Below are positions 12,148-25,549 of a stretch of 64,000 nucleotides of DNA, one piece after another (position 1 is the stretch's first letter; each line of letters begins with the position of its first letter). The translations under genes were made by a program, and so were the position numbers. This DNA is from Phaeosaccion multiseriatum (taxonomy: Eukaryota > Protista > Ochrophyta, other classes), in NCBI GenBank assembly GCA_965112735.1, contig OZ218950.1, positions 1,550,001-1,614,000 of the forward strand, in the 5' to 3' direction. The notes beneath the pieces are model-generated. The model did not search any database. It was not told where the DNA came from and was given only the letters and a program-made list of their open reading frames with translations.

Positions 12148-15100
12148 ATGGGCGATGATGGTTCGACACACGGAGACGGAGCTATACCCCAGAGACCTTC
12201 TCGTACGCGGCGAAGATCTGGTCACTCAATAGGAGGGTACGCGGCCGCAGCTGGAGCGGCGTCGGCGGCGGCAGAAGCGGATGCCGATGTTGCCGCGTCT
12301 GGCCCTCCTTCGGCGCCGCCTAGCATGGGAAGAGCTGTCCAAAACATCCTACGGCGGACCTTGAGCGGCGGGGCGGGGTTCAATGTCGGTGTGGGGCCAG
12401 CGCCCGTGCTGGGGCAGAGGAGACGCTCGAGTCTACTAAGGCGGGAAAGCAGCGCTGGCAGCGGCGGAGATGGAGGTCGCGTGCCTCCCTCGCGGCCCCC
12501 GCTCCATCGTGCCCACAGCGAGCGACAGTATCGAACGCACAGTGATGGGGGGCTGGTGGACGGCAACGATGATGCGGGGGGGGGGGCGGGAGCATGGGGA
12601 GGGCGAAGACGCTCCTCTGCTGGACAACCTATCAGCATCATCAGCATCAGCATCAGCATCATCATCAGCTTCGTCCACAACGTCCAGTGCGCCTGCTTCT
12701 TCTGCGGGAGGCAGAGAGCCCTTGGCGGTAGCGATAGAAGCCGCGGTTGCGGCATCACGTGTCCCTCCGGATTCGGTGGCATCAGCAGCATTGGTGGCGG
12801 CAAGAGAGGTGGTATCTTCACGAGAGGCCGCACGGGCGGGACGAGCAGCATCACGGGCAGGACGAGCAGCAGCAGCAGCCGGAGGAGGAGGAGGAGGAGG
12901 AGGAGGAGGAGAAGGAGAAGGAGGAGGGGGAGGGGGAGGAGGAGGAGGATCAGGACGAGTTGGTGCTCCGGCGCCTCAGGCCAACGACGACGAGCGCGTG
13001 CAGGCGGAAATGAACTTGGTGTTTGAGCGCTTGGGCTCCGTTCTACCCTTTGCCTTTCTCCTGTGCCTGCGCTTTATCTACAGCCATGTGCTGGGCATGG
13101 TTGTATTTGGTGCGGGCACTGTGCTGCTGCTGACCATCGACAAGCGCTTCAGAGAGCAGGTGCGTGGCTTACGCGTTGGCGTCCGTCGGGTGTGGGGAAG
13201 GGACGGGCGGGTGAGCTGGGGTGCAGGGGCGAGCAGGGGAGACTGGAGGAAGGGAGGAAGGAAGGAAGGTTGGAAGGAAGGAAGGAATGAAAAGGAGAGG
13301 AGAGGAGCAGGGATAAGGCGGGCCTATCGTTTGTACTCTAAAGCTGAAACCCAAACTCCCCCTTACCCCCTCCCTCCCTCCCTACACACAGGTGGCTCTT
13401 CGTAGCCCTGTCCACCGGCGCCTCATATTCACCATCGTGCTGAGCTGTGCCATATACCTATATACCTGCACCTTCCTCCTGTCCGTCCTCTGGCCAGAAG
13501 AAGTCGACGACAGCAGTGCTTCACTGACTGGTGGCGTTGGTGGTGGCGGTGATGGTAAGGGGCACCCCCTGTTGGCAGTAGACCCTTTGGACCCACTCAG
13601 CGGTGTTGGTTATCCGGACGGACTCATCGCTGGCGACGTCGACGGAGGCGGAGCAGGAGGAGGAGGAGGGGGAATGGGGGGGGGTGGAGAGATTCACCAT
13701 GCCGAGCTGGAACACATGCTCACCAGACGGCACCCCCCCCCCACCGTGTGGCACCTCGATTCGTCGGGTATTTGGAATCGGATTGCCCTTATCCCTCTGA
13801 GCACTACTCAAATGGGGTCACTGAGCTTTCTTGATGTGGTTTGGGCGTCTTCTATGGCCGACCTGTTTGTGCGTTTCATTGTGCTGGCTTTCAAGGCCAT
13901 CGTGGCGATCGCACCCATGCCGAACCCCGCTCGATGCTGCACCACGGGAGGAGGAGCATCGGCAGCAGCAGCAGCAGCAGCAGCAGGAGGAGGAGGAGGA
14001 GGAGCAGCAGCAGCAGCAGGAGGAGGTGGTGTTTGTCCGTGTGGGGGCTCGGTGGTGGGGTGGGTGTCTTCAGCGGTTGCTGGAGTAGTGGGAGGAGGGC
14101 GCGGAGGGACAACAGGAAGGGAAGGGGGCGGAGACGATCGAACAGCTTCGAGAACTCAGAACGTTCACATGAGAAGGGTAAGTCAGCGAGTGAGTGTGCG
14201 AGTGAGTGAGGGAGAGTGAGTGCGGGCGCGAGTGCGTGAGTGCATGAGTGAATGAATGAGTGAGTTGAGTGAGTGAGTTAAGTGAGTGAGTGAGTTGAGT
14301 GAGTGAGTGAGTTGAGTGAGTGAGTGGGTGAGTGAATGAGGGAGTGAATGAGTGACTGAATGAGTGAGTGAGTGAGCCGGCAGAAACGTGTCGTACGTCT
14401 GTCTGGTCTGTCCGGGAGAAGAAGGAGGGAAGAAGGGGCTAAAGAGCTCCACATACATCCACACACATCCACGCACGCACACACACGCGCGCGCGCACAC
14501 GTACATACGTACACACGCGCGCACACGCACACTCATACACATACACAAACACGTACACACGCGCACACGCACACACATACACATACACGCACGCACTCTC
14601 TCACACACACGCACTCACATGCGGGAAGATATAGAAGGGGCTGTCACTAGAGACGACGTGACCACCCCGATACAACCTTCCAATAAGAAGCGAGGCATGG
14701 CGGCTAGCTGCTGCTGCTGACAGTCGGTCTCACACACCTGTCTGTTGGCGCACGCACGCGCCTGCACGGCCCCTGGAGCGATGTTCATGTGGATGAGTTA
14801 ACCATGTATCAAAACCAAAGGATGGGGCGCACATATGTCATTGTTGTGTGATATATGCAGGCAGATACAGGATTGAGCGGACATGTCATGTGTATGTGTT
14901 ATTGTGTTATGTGCAGCAGATGCAGGCAGATGCAGGCAGACAGATGCAGGCAGATGCAGGCAGATGCAGGCAGATGCAGGCAGATGCAGGCAGGGGTGTC
15001 AAGGTTGTGGGACGGGCAGCGGACGACCCGACCACAGCCGACACACACCAGAGAGGGTTGAGGTGGGACGTTTATAAGCTTTGCTGAAAGAGAGGGGAGC

Positions 15101-16953
15101 GAGAGAGAGAGGAAGAGAGAAATAGCGGCTAGAGAGGGAGATCGACAGAGAGGGAAGAAGGCACAGAGAGAGAGAAGAGGAAGCAACGGCCTTCGATTCG
15201 CCGGACTGGCTGGGTGACCTTCTTGCCTCCTCTGCATGCGCGCATCCAGACCTCTCATCCCTGTCTCTCTGCCTTTGCCTCACTCTCTCTCTCTCACACA
15301 CACACACACGCACGCACACACACATGAACACTGCCCCTACTCCATACTCCCCCATTTCTCCCTCCCTCCCTCCCTCCCACCCTCCCTCCCTCCCCGCCCC
15401 CTCGCGTGTGCAGAGGAAGATGTTTGCTCTGATGGAGATGGCATCCATCCTCTACCGCACCATGCTTCCTGTGCCTCTGTGGGTGGGGTTTTTCTTGGCC
15501 GATCACTCGGACGCGGGGCTCTACTTCGGTAAGTACCCATGCGTAAGAAACATACATCCAAAGTACTACCTACTTAACGAACGAACAAACTAACTTAGTG
15601 TCAAACAAAAAAAGAAACTAACACCTAACTAAGTAACATGACGAAAGGAAGCGTCGACATTGTGTTGTTCTTGCGTTTGCACTGAGCACAAACTGCAGCT
15701 TACTCCGCCCCCCCCCCCTCTCTCTCTCCTTCCCTCTCCCTTCTCGCATTCTCTCTCCCTTTCGCTACTGCTACCACTCTCCTTTGCCTCTCCGCCCGCT
15801 GTCCTCTCAGCGTTTGCCTACGTTGGTATGAAAGGGACCACAGTTTTTCATAAGGCGAAAGGTGAGAAGGGATTCACACTAATTTCATTTGCTCTTACGT
15901 ATCTCTCTTCCTCTCTCCTCTCTCTCTCTCTCACACACACACACTTCTTCTCTTCCTCTTCATTTCGCTACTGCTACTTCTGCTGCGGATGATCCGTTGC
16001 CGTATCGTTTGCACCCCCCCCCCCCCCATACCCCCCACCCTTCCTGTTCCATCATTCCTCTGACACCGCCCTGTTCGCGTTTCCGTCTGTACGTTTTGTG
16101 CAATGGAGCAGACTTGATGCGGGGCATCTCTTCCTACTGCAAAGGCAGCCTTGATCACGGCGGAAGGTTTGCCTCTGCCCAGGAGGTAAGAGAAGGGGGG
16201 GCGGGATGGCAGTGAATGGAGAGGGAGCCAAGATGAAGGGGAGGGATGGCAGTGGATGGAGAGGAAGCTAAGACTAGAGAAGGAAAAGCACGGACTCACG
16301 CACACACGCACGCACACACGCACGCACGGGGGGATCACGTTCGCTCGCTCTCTAACACATATGTTTTGTATGTATTGTTGTTGGTCCGGTCACCATTACC
16401 TTATCTCTGTGTGAATTACTGAACTGGTCATTTCCTTTCGCAGGTGGCGGAGGCGGGCAATCCTGACTGCAGCATTTGTTACGACTCGCTCGTGACACCG
16501 GTCGCGCTCCCCTGCGAGCACATGTTCTGTGAAGAGGTAATGAGGAGGAGGAGGAGGAGGAGGAGGAGGAGGAGGAGGAGGAGGAGATGGAAGAGAAGGA
16601 GAAGGAGGAGAAGGAGGGATGCGTTACCCTCCCTCGGCTCCATTGTATGATGTGGGCTGTCTTGCTCTGCCGCTTCCAATCCCAACGCGCCTCCCTCAAC
16701 TGAAGCGTTGCGCACGCACGTATGTACGCACGTATGTAACTCCTCTCCGCCCTGAACCTCTCCGGCGCCTCATGTCTGCCTGCCTGCCTTGTCTGTCTGC
16801 CTGCGTGCCTACCAGTGCGTGGGCGAGTGGCTGTCCCGAGAGGGTACGTGTCCCCTCTGCCGGGCGAATTTTGCTTCATCTTCCACCGACCCCGCAGCAG
16901 CGCTCTTTCGATACCGCGACGGGAGGACTGCGGCCTTTCCAGTCGTGCTGTAG
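12148..16953 (+). CDS. RING finger and transmembrane domain protein (RNFT1/2 family E3 ligase); apparent frameshift at G-run 12576-12586
   Basis: Exons 12148-13159, 13392-14177, 15414-15528, 15811-15861, 16112-16185, 16444-16536, 16816-16953. Several TM helices, [45 protein letters not shown] and a C-terminal YRDGRT motif typical of RNFT proteins. Confidence 0.87.
14861..14993 (+). repeat. 10-bp minisatellite (GCAGATGCAG)n in RNFT intron
   Basis: Directly visible tandem GCAGATGCAG units, mainly 14916-14993. Confidence 0.9.
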
Positions 16954-18475
16954 TGTGCTGCAGTTGTGCTGTACTTGTGTGCTGTAGCCACCCACCCACA
17001 CACGCCAACTGTGGACCAATTGTGCGAGAGCATACGCGATATTCAGTGCCATTCAGTGCCATCCATCCCTTTGGTGCGTCCATTCAGGCTGGGGCCCAGG
17101 AGGGGAGGGCTTTGGGGCTTGGTTGCTGCGCTTCTCGGCTTTGCACAGCGCTGGCAACTGGTCACCAATTACGGTTGCGGTTTTTGTTTTTGGAGGACTG
17201 GCTGAAGCTGCGTTGGGGTTTTTGCTGGTTTTCTTTCTTTCTTTTTGTAGTTTTCTACTCGTCGCTCGGCACTCAATGGCGAGGGCGGGTGGGACGTTTT
17301 ACTCTGCCTTGGGAGACTCTTTTCAAAGGGCGGGGAAGAGAGGATGGCTGTGGACGGTGAGGGAAGGAGGAGGGCTTCCCAATACGGGTGCCACCATGGG
17401 GAGAAGGCAGAGTTTCAGTTTCAAGTTTTGGGCACATTGATCTCGATCACCGTGCACCCCGGAGCCATTGGAAGGTCTTATGAGCGCACAGCTCAACCGG
17501 TTTGAGTGTAGGGACTTTGGAGCGGGAGAAGACATCCACACGGTGGAGGGCCTGAGGGAGGCGAGGAGGAGAAGGAGGCGGGTGGAAAGGACAAACAACA
17601 TGTCCCGAATACTCCCGCATAACACTCAGTCGACAGTCGGAGTGTTATTCGGCATGGAGCATCCAGAGCTGCGAGTGGTAGTACGGTAGGGCTCTGCACA
17701 GATGGCACAGATGGCAAAGAGAGGTGTGACAAAAGGGGTACGCATTCGCAGCGGGCGCGAGGGAGGGAGAACGCAAAGCACATGCAGGCCTGTGAGCTGC
17801 TGGCGGGCATGACTCCGTGAGTGAAGTAATGACTCACCACCGCCACAGACCATTGGCTGCCATCATGCACGGACCGTTGACTGCCTTCTCTGGCTACGCT
17901 GTGGCCTGCTGTGCTGGGTGTTGTGTTCTGCTCGCGCCTGTGCCTACTGCTCTTGTCTCGCTCTCTGAAAGCGTTTTTGATCTCATTCAGTGCACTTGCA
18001 AGGGGCCACCCGAAGTGTTTCATAGTATCGTATGAAACAATGAAAAAAATAACAATAGGAAGTTTTAGCAGCGCCCAGCACATACACGCAGCACACACGT
18101 ACATACACACGCACACGCACCACGCATAGAGATAGAGAGTGCGTGTTGCTCTTTGCTTTCCTCCCTTCTATTGATTGGTTTATGCGGTTCCTATCCTCAA
18201 TCTTAACAATATCTCTCTATCCTTTTGTTCTCTCTTCTTTTCCTCTATTCATTCAGTACTCCACTATCTTTTGACTTGATCGTGGAGTGGACGTATGTAA
18301 GTAAGGAGGGCATGCCTGCCCCCCCTTGGGACGAGCTTTATTGCTTTCGCGCTGCCCCTTCAGCCTGAGGAGGAACTCTCTCCCTCCCTCCCCCCACCCC
18401 ACCCCCCCGCGCCTTTCCCCTCCCATTTCCTCTATAGGATTGTCTTGTCTGCTTCGTAAAAAATCACCACCCCTT

Positions 18476-18869
18476 TCACCGGGCCCTCGATTTGCCTCCT
18501 TTGAAGCCTCGCTGCCCTGGCTTGTCCGCACGTATCAAGCTGACGTTGAGCAGTAGCTACAGCGGGGGGTATGGCACGGAGAGAAGAGAGGGAGTAAGGG
18601 GGGGAGAGGAGAGGCGGCAGGTGGAGAATGGGGAATGGGAAATAGGAATGATCAGAGGCCGGAAGGAAGGAAGCGGCGGTTAACAGCAGTTACAGAAGAG
18701 CCTTCAGCGTTCATTCACTGAGGTTTGCAAAGTGCTGCTGCAAACAATCTTACAACAGCACACACGTGGTTGGCTGTAAAACCATCCCCTCCCCCCCCTG
18801 CCCCTCTCTCCCTCTTCTTTGTTCTTTTCTCTCTTTCTCCCTTCTCTCTCTCGCTCTCTCGCTCTCTCC

Positions 18870-18924
<55 letters not shown>

Positions 18925-19590
18925 CCCTTGTCTCTCTCTTTCTCTCAGTCTCTCCGCCTTCTCACCGTCTTATCGATGAAACCGTCATTCTGCAACACAA
19001 AGCTCAGCACCCTTCTACCCGAGAAAGTGCTTGGAACAGGGCCCACCCGTTGGTGCTTGGGGTCGTCTGCGGGATACCCAAGCTCTTCAGGGATGACAAG
19101 CTGACGAAGCCCCTGCGATAGTTACGTAAGAAGGTCAAGTCAAGAATGGGGGAACAAACATCACGAATCGATTAGTCAGTGCGTCAGTAGGAGAGGGCAA
19201 GGGCGAAGGTGAGGGCAGAGCGGGAATGGATGCCCTGCTGGACAGTGCTGGACAGTGCTGGACACAGCGGGGCACAAGAGTTAAGTAGGGGGCGCGGGGC
19301 TGAATGCAAGGGGCAATGAAGAGGGGGAGGGGAAACACGGGTCTGCTCCCCTCTTGGAGCTCTCTCTCTCTGTCTGTCTGAGGAAGACAAGAGAGAGAGA
19401 GATGGTGGTGCACCGTGTGGTGATGTGACATTTCTGTGACTCACCCCTGGCTTCATACCCTGCACGCCCTCCTCCAGTCCGGGAATGACCTGTCCGTCCC
19501 CCACCACTGCGAGGAGGGCAAGCAGCACACAAGCAAAGGGAGAAGAGCAAAGGCGTGAGCTCTCTCTCCTATCTCTCTCTCTCTTCTATG

Positions 19591-19639
<49 letters not shown>

Positions 19640-21820
19640 CATTTCTCCCCTTGTCTCCCCCTCTCTCCCCTTGTCTCTCAAACACCGCAAGCAAAGGTAG
19701 AGAAAGCAGATACAGCAAGGCCACTCAGATTCTCAGTGGACAAGGGAAGGAAGTCCGGTCATTCAGCGCCTTCCATCCATCTGCCTGTCCTTCGATCTCC
19801 TTCGTTTGTCCCAGCCGTTCCCTCCTCCAGTGAGATTAGCAAGCTGACATGAGGCTTGCTTGCCGTGCCCCCTCCCCCCGCCGGGGACTCTTCCACACTC
19901 ACCAAAGCGGAGGGCATCCTTCTCACCCTCTGTGTTGGCGGCCGTTCGGCGAAGACAGGGCAAACAGACATAAGGTCATTACCATTGTCACACATCATTT
20001 TGGAGATAGAATAGTATAACGAAAAGCAGCAGTCAGTCAGTCAGTCAGTCAGTCAGTCAGTGGTTCCGTCAGTCAGTCAGTCAGTCACTCACCCCACGCA
20101 GTTCCCTTATCCCCCCCCTTCTTCTCGATAAAAAGGCCGTTGTAGCCGATGCTGCTCAGCACCACAGTACGGACGGAGGGAGACAACCAAACGAGGAGAG
20201 AGAGAGGAGACAAGGGAAGGGAAGAGGAAGAGGAAGGGAAGGGAAGGGAAGGGGGAGGAAAGGAACGGAAAGGGAAGGACAAAGAACAAACGCACAACGG
20301 GAGGAGTCGAGTAAGGGCATGCCATGCAATAAATGCTCAAAAGCTTTCCCTTGGACCCAATTTGTCCAGGTGGCTTAGCTCAGCTACTGCCTCAACAGCC
20401 CGATCAGTACAGTATAGTTGGAGGCAGTTGCTTAGGTTAGGGCTGCCGGTAGGGCAGTTTGACTCGTCAAAGCCCCAGCGGAAGGGTCCCGCTGGGGCGG
20501 GTGGGGCGTGAAAGGAGGAGGGTGGATGTGGAACGGATCTGTGTGTGCGTGTGTGTGCGGGGGTCATGTACTACAGAACAGAATAGAATAAATGCTACAG
20601 AACAGAACACGAGAAGAAAAAAAGCCTTACGTGTATCCCTCCCTGTGGTGGCGAAGAGAGAGAGACAGAGAGAGATAGAGAGGGAGCGAGAGAGAGATGG
20701 CGAGAGAGAGAGAGAGAGCAGAGCAGCGTGCGGGCAAGCAGGGAGGCGGGCAAGCAGGGAGGCGGGCAGGTACCGGAGGCAGCAGAGGGTGAGTAAGTGG
20801 ACGTAAGAGGAAGTGACCAAGATATGTGATGCATGTCGGAGAGGGCGTGGCCGCGAAGGGGGCACTCACAGGAGGACCCCTCCAGACTGTATCACCACCT
20901 GTTTTATACCCTGCTTGCCCTCCTCCCTCCTCCCTCTCTTCTCTTTTCTCCTCGCCTCCTCCCTCTCTTCCTCCCTCCTCTTCCCCCCCTCCTCTCACGC
21001 ACGGACGCACGGACGCACCAGTTGAGGACAATCCTGTCTCCCATGGCTGCAGGCTCTCCCTGTCCAACCTTCGCATCCTTATATTGTAACCCACTGCCTG
21101 TCTTTTGGAAATCTGAGGAGTAGAAGGAGGTGTGTATGGGGGGCGTGAGAGAGAGAGAGAGAGAGAGCACAGCGTCGGTTGGCTCAACAAGTAGAAAGAA
21201 GGAGATGCGAGAGAGAGGGCTTGCCAGATACGAGTAGATAGCTAGCTCCCTGGCACCTTCCCAAAAGGTCACAAATGGACCCAATGCCCGTCGTCTGCCT
21301 CGTCCCCACCTGCATACTTGATCCTGGGTTTCGCGAACGACGTGCTCCCTTTTGCACCCAGCTTCATGTAATCGTCACCTGAGTGCATGAGTGGGTGATT
21401 TGATGAATAAGTGAGCGAGTGAGTGAGGGAGTGAGAGGGGGAAGAGAAGGGGGGGGGGGGGAGATGGAAGGAAGAGGGGAGGGTGTATACTCGGCCCCTT
21501 AACCAAGCCTTACCCTGGGTGTCCCCATCAGGCAAGCGCGTAACCGGCGGCTGTCTTGTCGTCGTCTGGGCCCCAGCGGGAGCTACGGCAGGTAGAAGGA
21601 CTCCTGCTGTACCAGCAGCAGCCGCTGCAGCAGAGCTGAGCAGCGCTCGTCTCCGTGTGACACCTTGCCTCTCTGTAATGTTGTCGATGCTCATCGACGT
21701 GCAAGTCCTGCCGCTGCCACTGCTCTGGAGACCACATGACCTCGGCCCAGCGAAAGCAAAGGCCCTCGCCTGCCCAGTGGTGGTAAGCGCAAGCGCCACT
21801 ATACCGCAAGCTGTCTTCAT
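18476..21820 (-). CDS. FKBP19: Thylakoid-lumen FKBP-type peptidyl-prolyl isomerase, FKBP19-like, with signal/transit/Tat presequence
   Basis: Spliced product MKTACGIVALALTTTGQARAFAF..TRRRALL..SGLQYKDAKVGQG..IVLNW|EGYT|IGYNGLFIEKKGGDKGTAW|EGEKDALRF|VVGDGQVIPGLEEGVQGMKPG|GLRQLVIPEELGYP..GPVPSTFSGRRVLSFVLQNDGFIDKT|LLLNVSLIR. It matches the FKBP19 signature GYTIGY and PxTFSGxRxLxFVLxNxGxIDKTLL. Confidence 0.9.
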
Positions 21821-21970
21821 AAGCAACAAGGAATTTAGCTTGGAGGCGGCTGACGAGTTGAGGATTGAGTCGGGGGTTTCGATGGCACCAGACGGCCATG
21901 TTTTGACCGTGATCGGATCGCGTTGAAAAGATTTGATTTCTCAGGTTTACAGCAGCAGCCAGCGGCAGAG

Positions 21971-24900
21971 ATGATTCAACCCCAGGAGTATGGCTCCACC
22001 TCACCTTCTCCTCGCACGCTGAGCATCCCCGTCAATGGCGTGGATATCCCTGTCTCTGATGAGTCCGCCAAGGTCAGAAGAATGGAGGTGAAAGGGGGGA
22101 GAGAGATATCAGAGAAAAGATTAGCAAAAGAAGAGGAAGAGCAAGAGCAAGAGCAGTAGCTGTTAAACGCGCAGCAAATACAGACAGCTTAGAAGCCGAC
22201 AGATGGGGGAGGAAGGGCAGTCTCGGAACCTGCGAACACGTTCTCTTTTTCTCCCCCCATCGCTCGATGGCGGGAAGCCTGTGTGCGCCTCTCTCTTCTC
22301 TTCCAATGCTCACTATGAGTTCCAGCTCCCTGCGTCATCATTCTCCTTGGTCACCCTTCTCACCTCATTCCCCCTCCTCCCCTCCCGCCTCCCCCCTTTC
22401 CCGCTTGTGCTCGTCCATTCCAGCTCGTGACCGAGAGCGTCCTTGATGCAGCCACGGGAGTAGCCATGGCGGAGGGTAAGTCGGCAGGCCAGCGCATGTA
22501 GCTCGCATAGAGTGTGTTTCCCCTCCGAGGGATGAGAAGAAATGGGAAACCTCTTGTCTGGTTTTAGCGCGAAACGAGAACAGCAAAGCTGAACACACAG
22601 GACCACATCATCCTCGTGCTTCTCCACGCGTCCTGCTCTCTCCCCCTTAGGTACAAAGCTAAAGAATCTGGCGATGAGTCTAAAGGTACGATGATAATCG
22701 AAGGGTTGCAACAAGAGATGGCGCAAAAGGAAGAGGGAGTGCGAGAAAGAGAATTCGAACCTCCTGCTCCCACAGCCAATGCTACCCCCCACTCTCCTTC
22801 TCCTTCGCCCAATGCCACGTAACTCGTGTATTTACACACTGATTGGGATTGCACCTACCCACCCACTCACCCACCCACCCACCCACCCACCTCTCCCACC
22901 ACCACTCCTTGTCTGAGAAGGATGGGCCTCTGAGCATTCGCGTGGCTTCTTACCTTGGCGGAGTGGTGATGGTGGTGACAGGCTTCATGAGCTTCCTAGG
23001 GAACTTCTTTACTCTTTCGCCTGTGGCCGCTCTCATTCAGGTCAGTGCGGGAGGAGGGAGAGAGGGGAGGGAGGAGGGGGGGGAGGGAGGGAAGGAGGGA
23101 GCTTCCGTGCGTGCGTGCGTGTGAAGGTGTCTGGCATGTCATTCTTGTGTCTCTCCAGCGACGCTTGAACACTTGGTGTTTCTTCCCACGTTTTCCCACT
23201 CGATCGATAGATGGATGTATCGCTTTCTGTCTCTGTGTGTGTCTCAGGTATCGTGTTGGCTCTGTGCGGATACGATACTTTACCCCAACATGCCCATATG
23301 CCCCCAATGCGCCCAATATATATGCGCTGTAGCATCTATTTCATCTATGGCATGTTTACGTGTAATGCTACGCCGCCAATGTACATCAGGTGTATATCTT
23401 CCTCTTCGGTTGGGTCATCGTCTTCGTGGAGGCACGGAACAGGTGTGTAGCCATGGCCGTGCCAGATGCGCTGGGAGAAGAGAGAGAGAGAGGGAGAGAG
23501 GGTGGGGGGGGGAGGGAGAGAGAGAGGGAGGGAGGGAGAGAGAGGGAGACAGTGAGAGAGATTGAGGTCAGGAGAGGGAGCGAGAGACACGTGGGGGGGG
23601 AGGGGGCTCTTTGCCGCCCGCCATACAAGGGACCGCCTAAAAGAAACTTGACACTGAAACGGAGCCTGCCACGCCCTGCCACTGTGCCCCCCTCGTCCTC
23701 TCTCCTCCCGCTCTCGACTCGGGCTATATGTGCTCCTCCCCCACAGTCTGTTGCCGGAGTGGATCCTCGAGAAAATCTACCAATACGCCCTCTTCATCAC
23801 CATGGTTACGTGAGTCTTCCTCTCCTCGCGCCCCTTCCCTCTGTCTGTGGGCGTCGGTCTGACGTGGTTGTTGGTTGTGGCTCGGCGGTTGTCGTCGTGT
23901 GATTTGACGAAGAGGACGAACGAACGAACCAACACACTGAGGACTGTTTCTGTTCTTCCACACACCACGCCTTGTAATTGACATCTCTCCACCTCCTGCA
24001 AACACTTCCATCCGTGCTTTCTTCTTGTCCTTGTGCTCCTCTCCTCGCCTCCCTCACATCTCGGCCGGTCCTGGTTGTTTCGCTGTTCGCACATCCACAC
24101 ACGGCCTGCCCTCTTACTTGTTCTCACTTGATCCATCAGGGGAAGGGGTGTGTTCTACATCTTCTGTGGGACGCTTTGCTTGGCCCAGGTGAGTGAGTGA
24201 GTGAGTGAGTGAGTGAGTTGATGTGTGTGTGTGAAGGAGTGAGTGAGTGAGTGAGTGAGTGAGTGAGTTGAGTGTGTGTGTGTGAAGGAGTGAGTGAGTG
24301 AGTGAGTGAGTGAGTGAGTTGAGTGTGTGTGTGTGAAGGAAGGAGTGAGTGAGTGAGTGAGTAAGTGAGTGATGAGTGAGTGAGTGAGTGAGTGAGTGAG
24401 TTGAGTGTGTGTGTGTGTGAAGGAGTGAGTGAGTGAGTGAGTGAGTGAGTGAGTGAGTGAGTGAGTGAGTGAGTTGAGTGTGTGTGTGTGAAGGAAGGAG
24501 TGAGTGAGTGAGTGAGTGAGTAAGTGGGTAAGTGAGTGAGTGAGTGAGTGAGTGAGTGAGTGAGTGAGTGAGTGAGTGAGTAAGTGAGTGAGTCAGTAAG
24601 TGAGTGAAGTGAGTGATGTGATACTGCCCCAGTTCAATACGCTAACCTTGCCCTAACCCTACCTGCCTCAGTTCAACATGCTGGACATCGTGCTGGGCGT
24701 CTACATGGCTGGACTGGGCGGGCTCATGATCTATTACGGCAAGAAGGCCATCGAGAAGATGAAGGCCATGCGCGTAGGCAATCACGTAAGTCGTAAGTGC
24801 AGCTGCTGCATCACCAACTGCTTCTCTCTGCTGCTGCTGCTGTATCACCAACTGCTGCCGTATCACTAGCTGCTGCTGTGCTCTGTGGATCTCCTTAATA

Positions 24901-25549
24901 CCCCTCCCTCCGTCCCGGTCCTGACCCCCTGTACCCCTCCCCCTCTCCCCCTCTCCCTACCCGTCCTGATCTGTCCTGACCCTCGGTAGTCTGAGGCTGA
25001 GCTGCAACGAATGTTCATGCAATACGATGCGGACAACTCGGGCTCGCTGGACAGTAAGGAGATGGCGCAAATGTGCAAAGAACTGGGGGCGGACCTTTCT
25101 ATTGCGGAGTTGGAGACGGCAATCATCATGCTTGACAAGGACCACGACGGCCTGGTGGACTGGAGTGAGGTGAGGAGGGTTGAGGAGGGCCGGGAGGATG
25201 AGGAGGGTGGGAATGGAGTGGGGTGTGAAGGGGCGAGGATGAGGCGGGACGGAGGTTTGTAGTCTTTGTAGCCTGTACACGTGTGCGGGGTGTAGTGCGA
25301 ATGCTTTTGGCTAGCCACAGGTGATGGCTCTGGATGCTCCTTCTGACTTACTGGGGTAGGGCCTCGTGCGTATGCTTTTCTTCAAGGCTGCTCGTCCCTT
25401 CCTTCTCATCGCTCATCTCTCTTTCTCCCTCCCTCTCTGCATCTCTCTTCCTCTCTCACTCTCTCTCACTGTCACTCTCTCTCACTCTCTCACTCTCTCT
25501 CGTACAGTTCTCTGCGTGGTACAAATCCCCCGACGTCCTCCTTCCATGA
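21971..25549 (+). CDS. COPI-associated (Tvp15-like) membrane protein fused to a C-terminal EF-hand pair
   Basis: Ten phase-consistent exons. TM segments with YIFLFGWVIVFVE and the signature TGRGVFYIFCGTL, then canonical EF loops DADNSGSLDSKE and DKDHDGLVDWSE; ends FSAWYKSPDVLLP*. Confidence 0.82.
24188..24615 (+). repeat. (GAGT)n array with higher-order unit GAGTTGAGTGTGTGTGTGAAGGAGT starting at an intron donor
   Basis: Directly visible; begins at CAG|GTGAGTGAGT. Confidence 0.9.

Noticed and set aside
17600-17655. Short hairpin ATAACACTC..GAGTGTTAT between convergent genes as an ncRNA
   Set aside because: 9-bp stem with no family features; compatible with chance.
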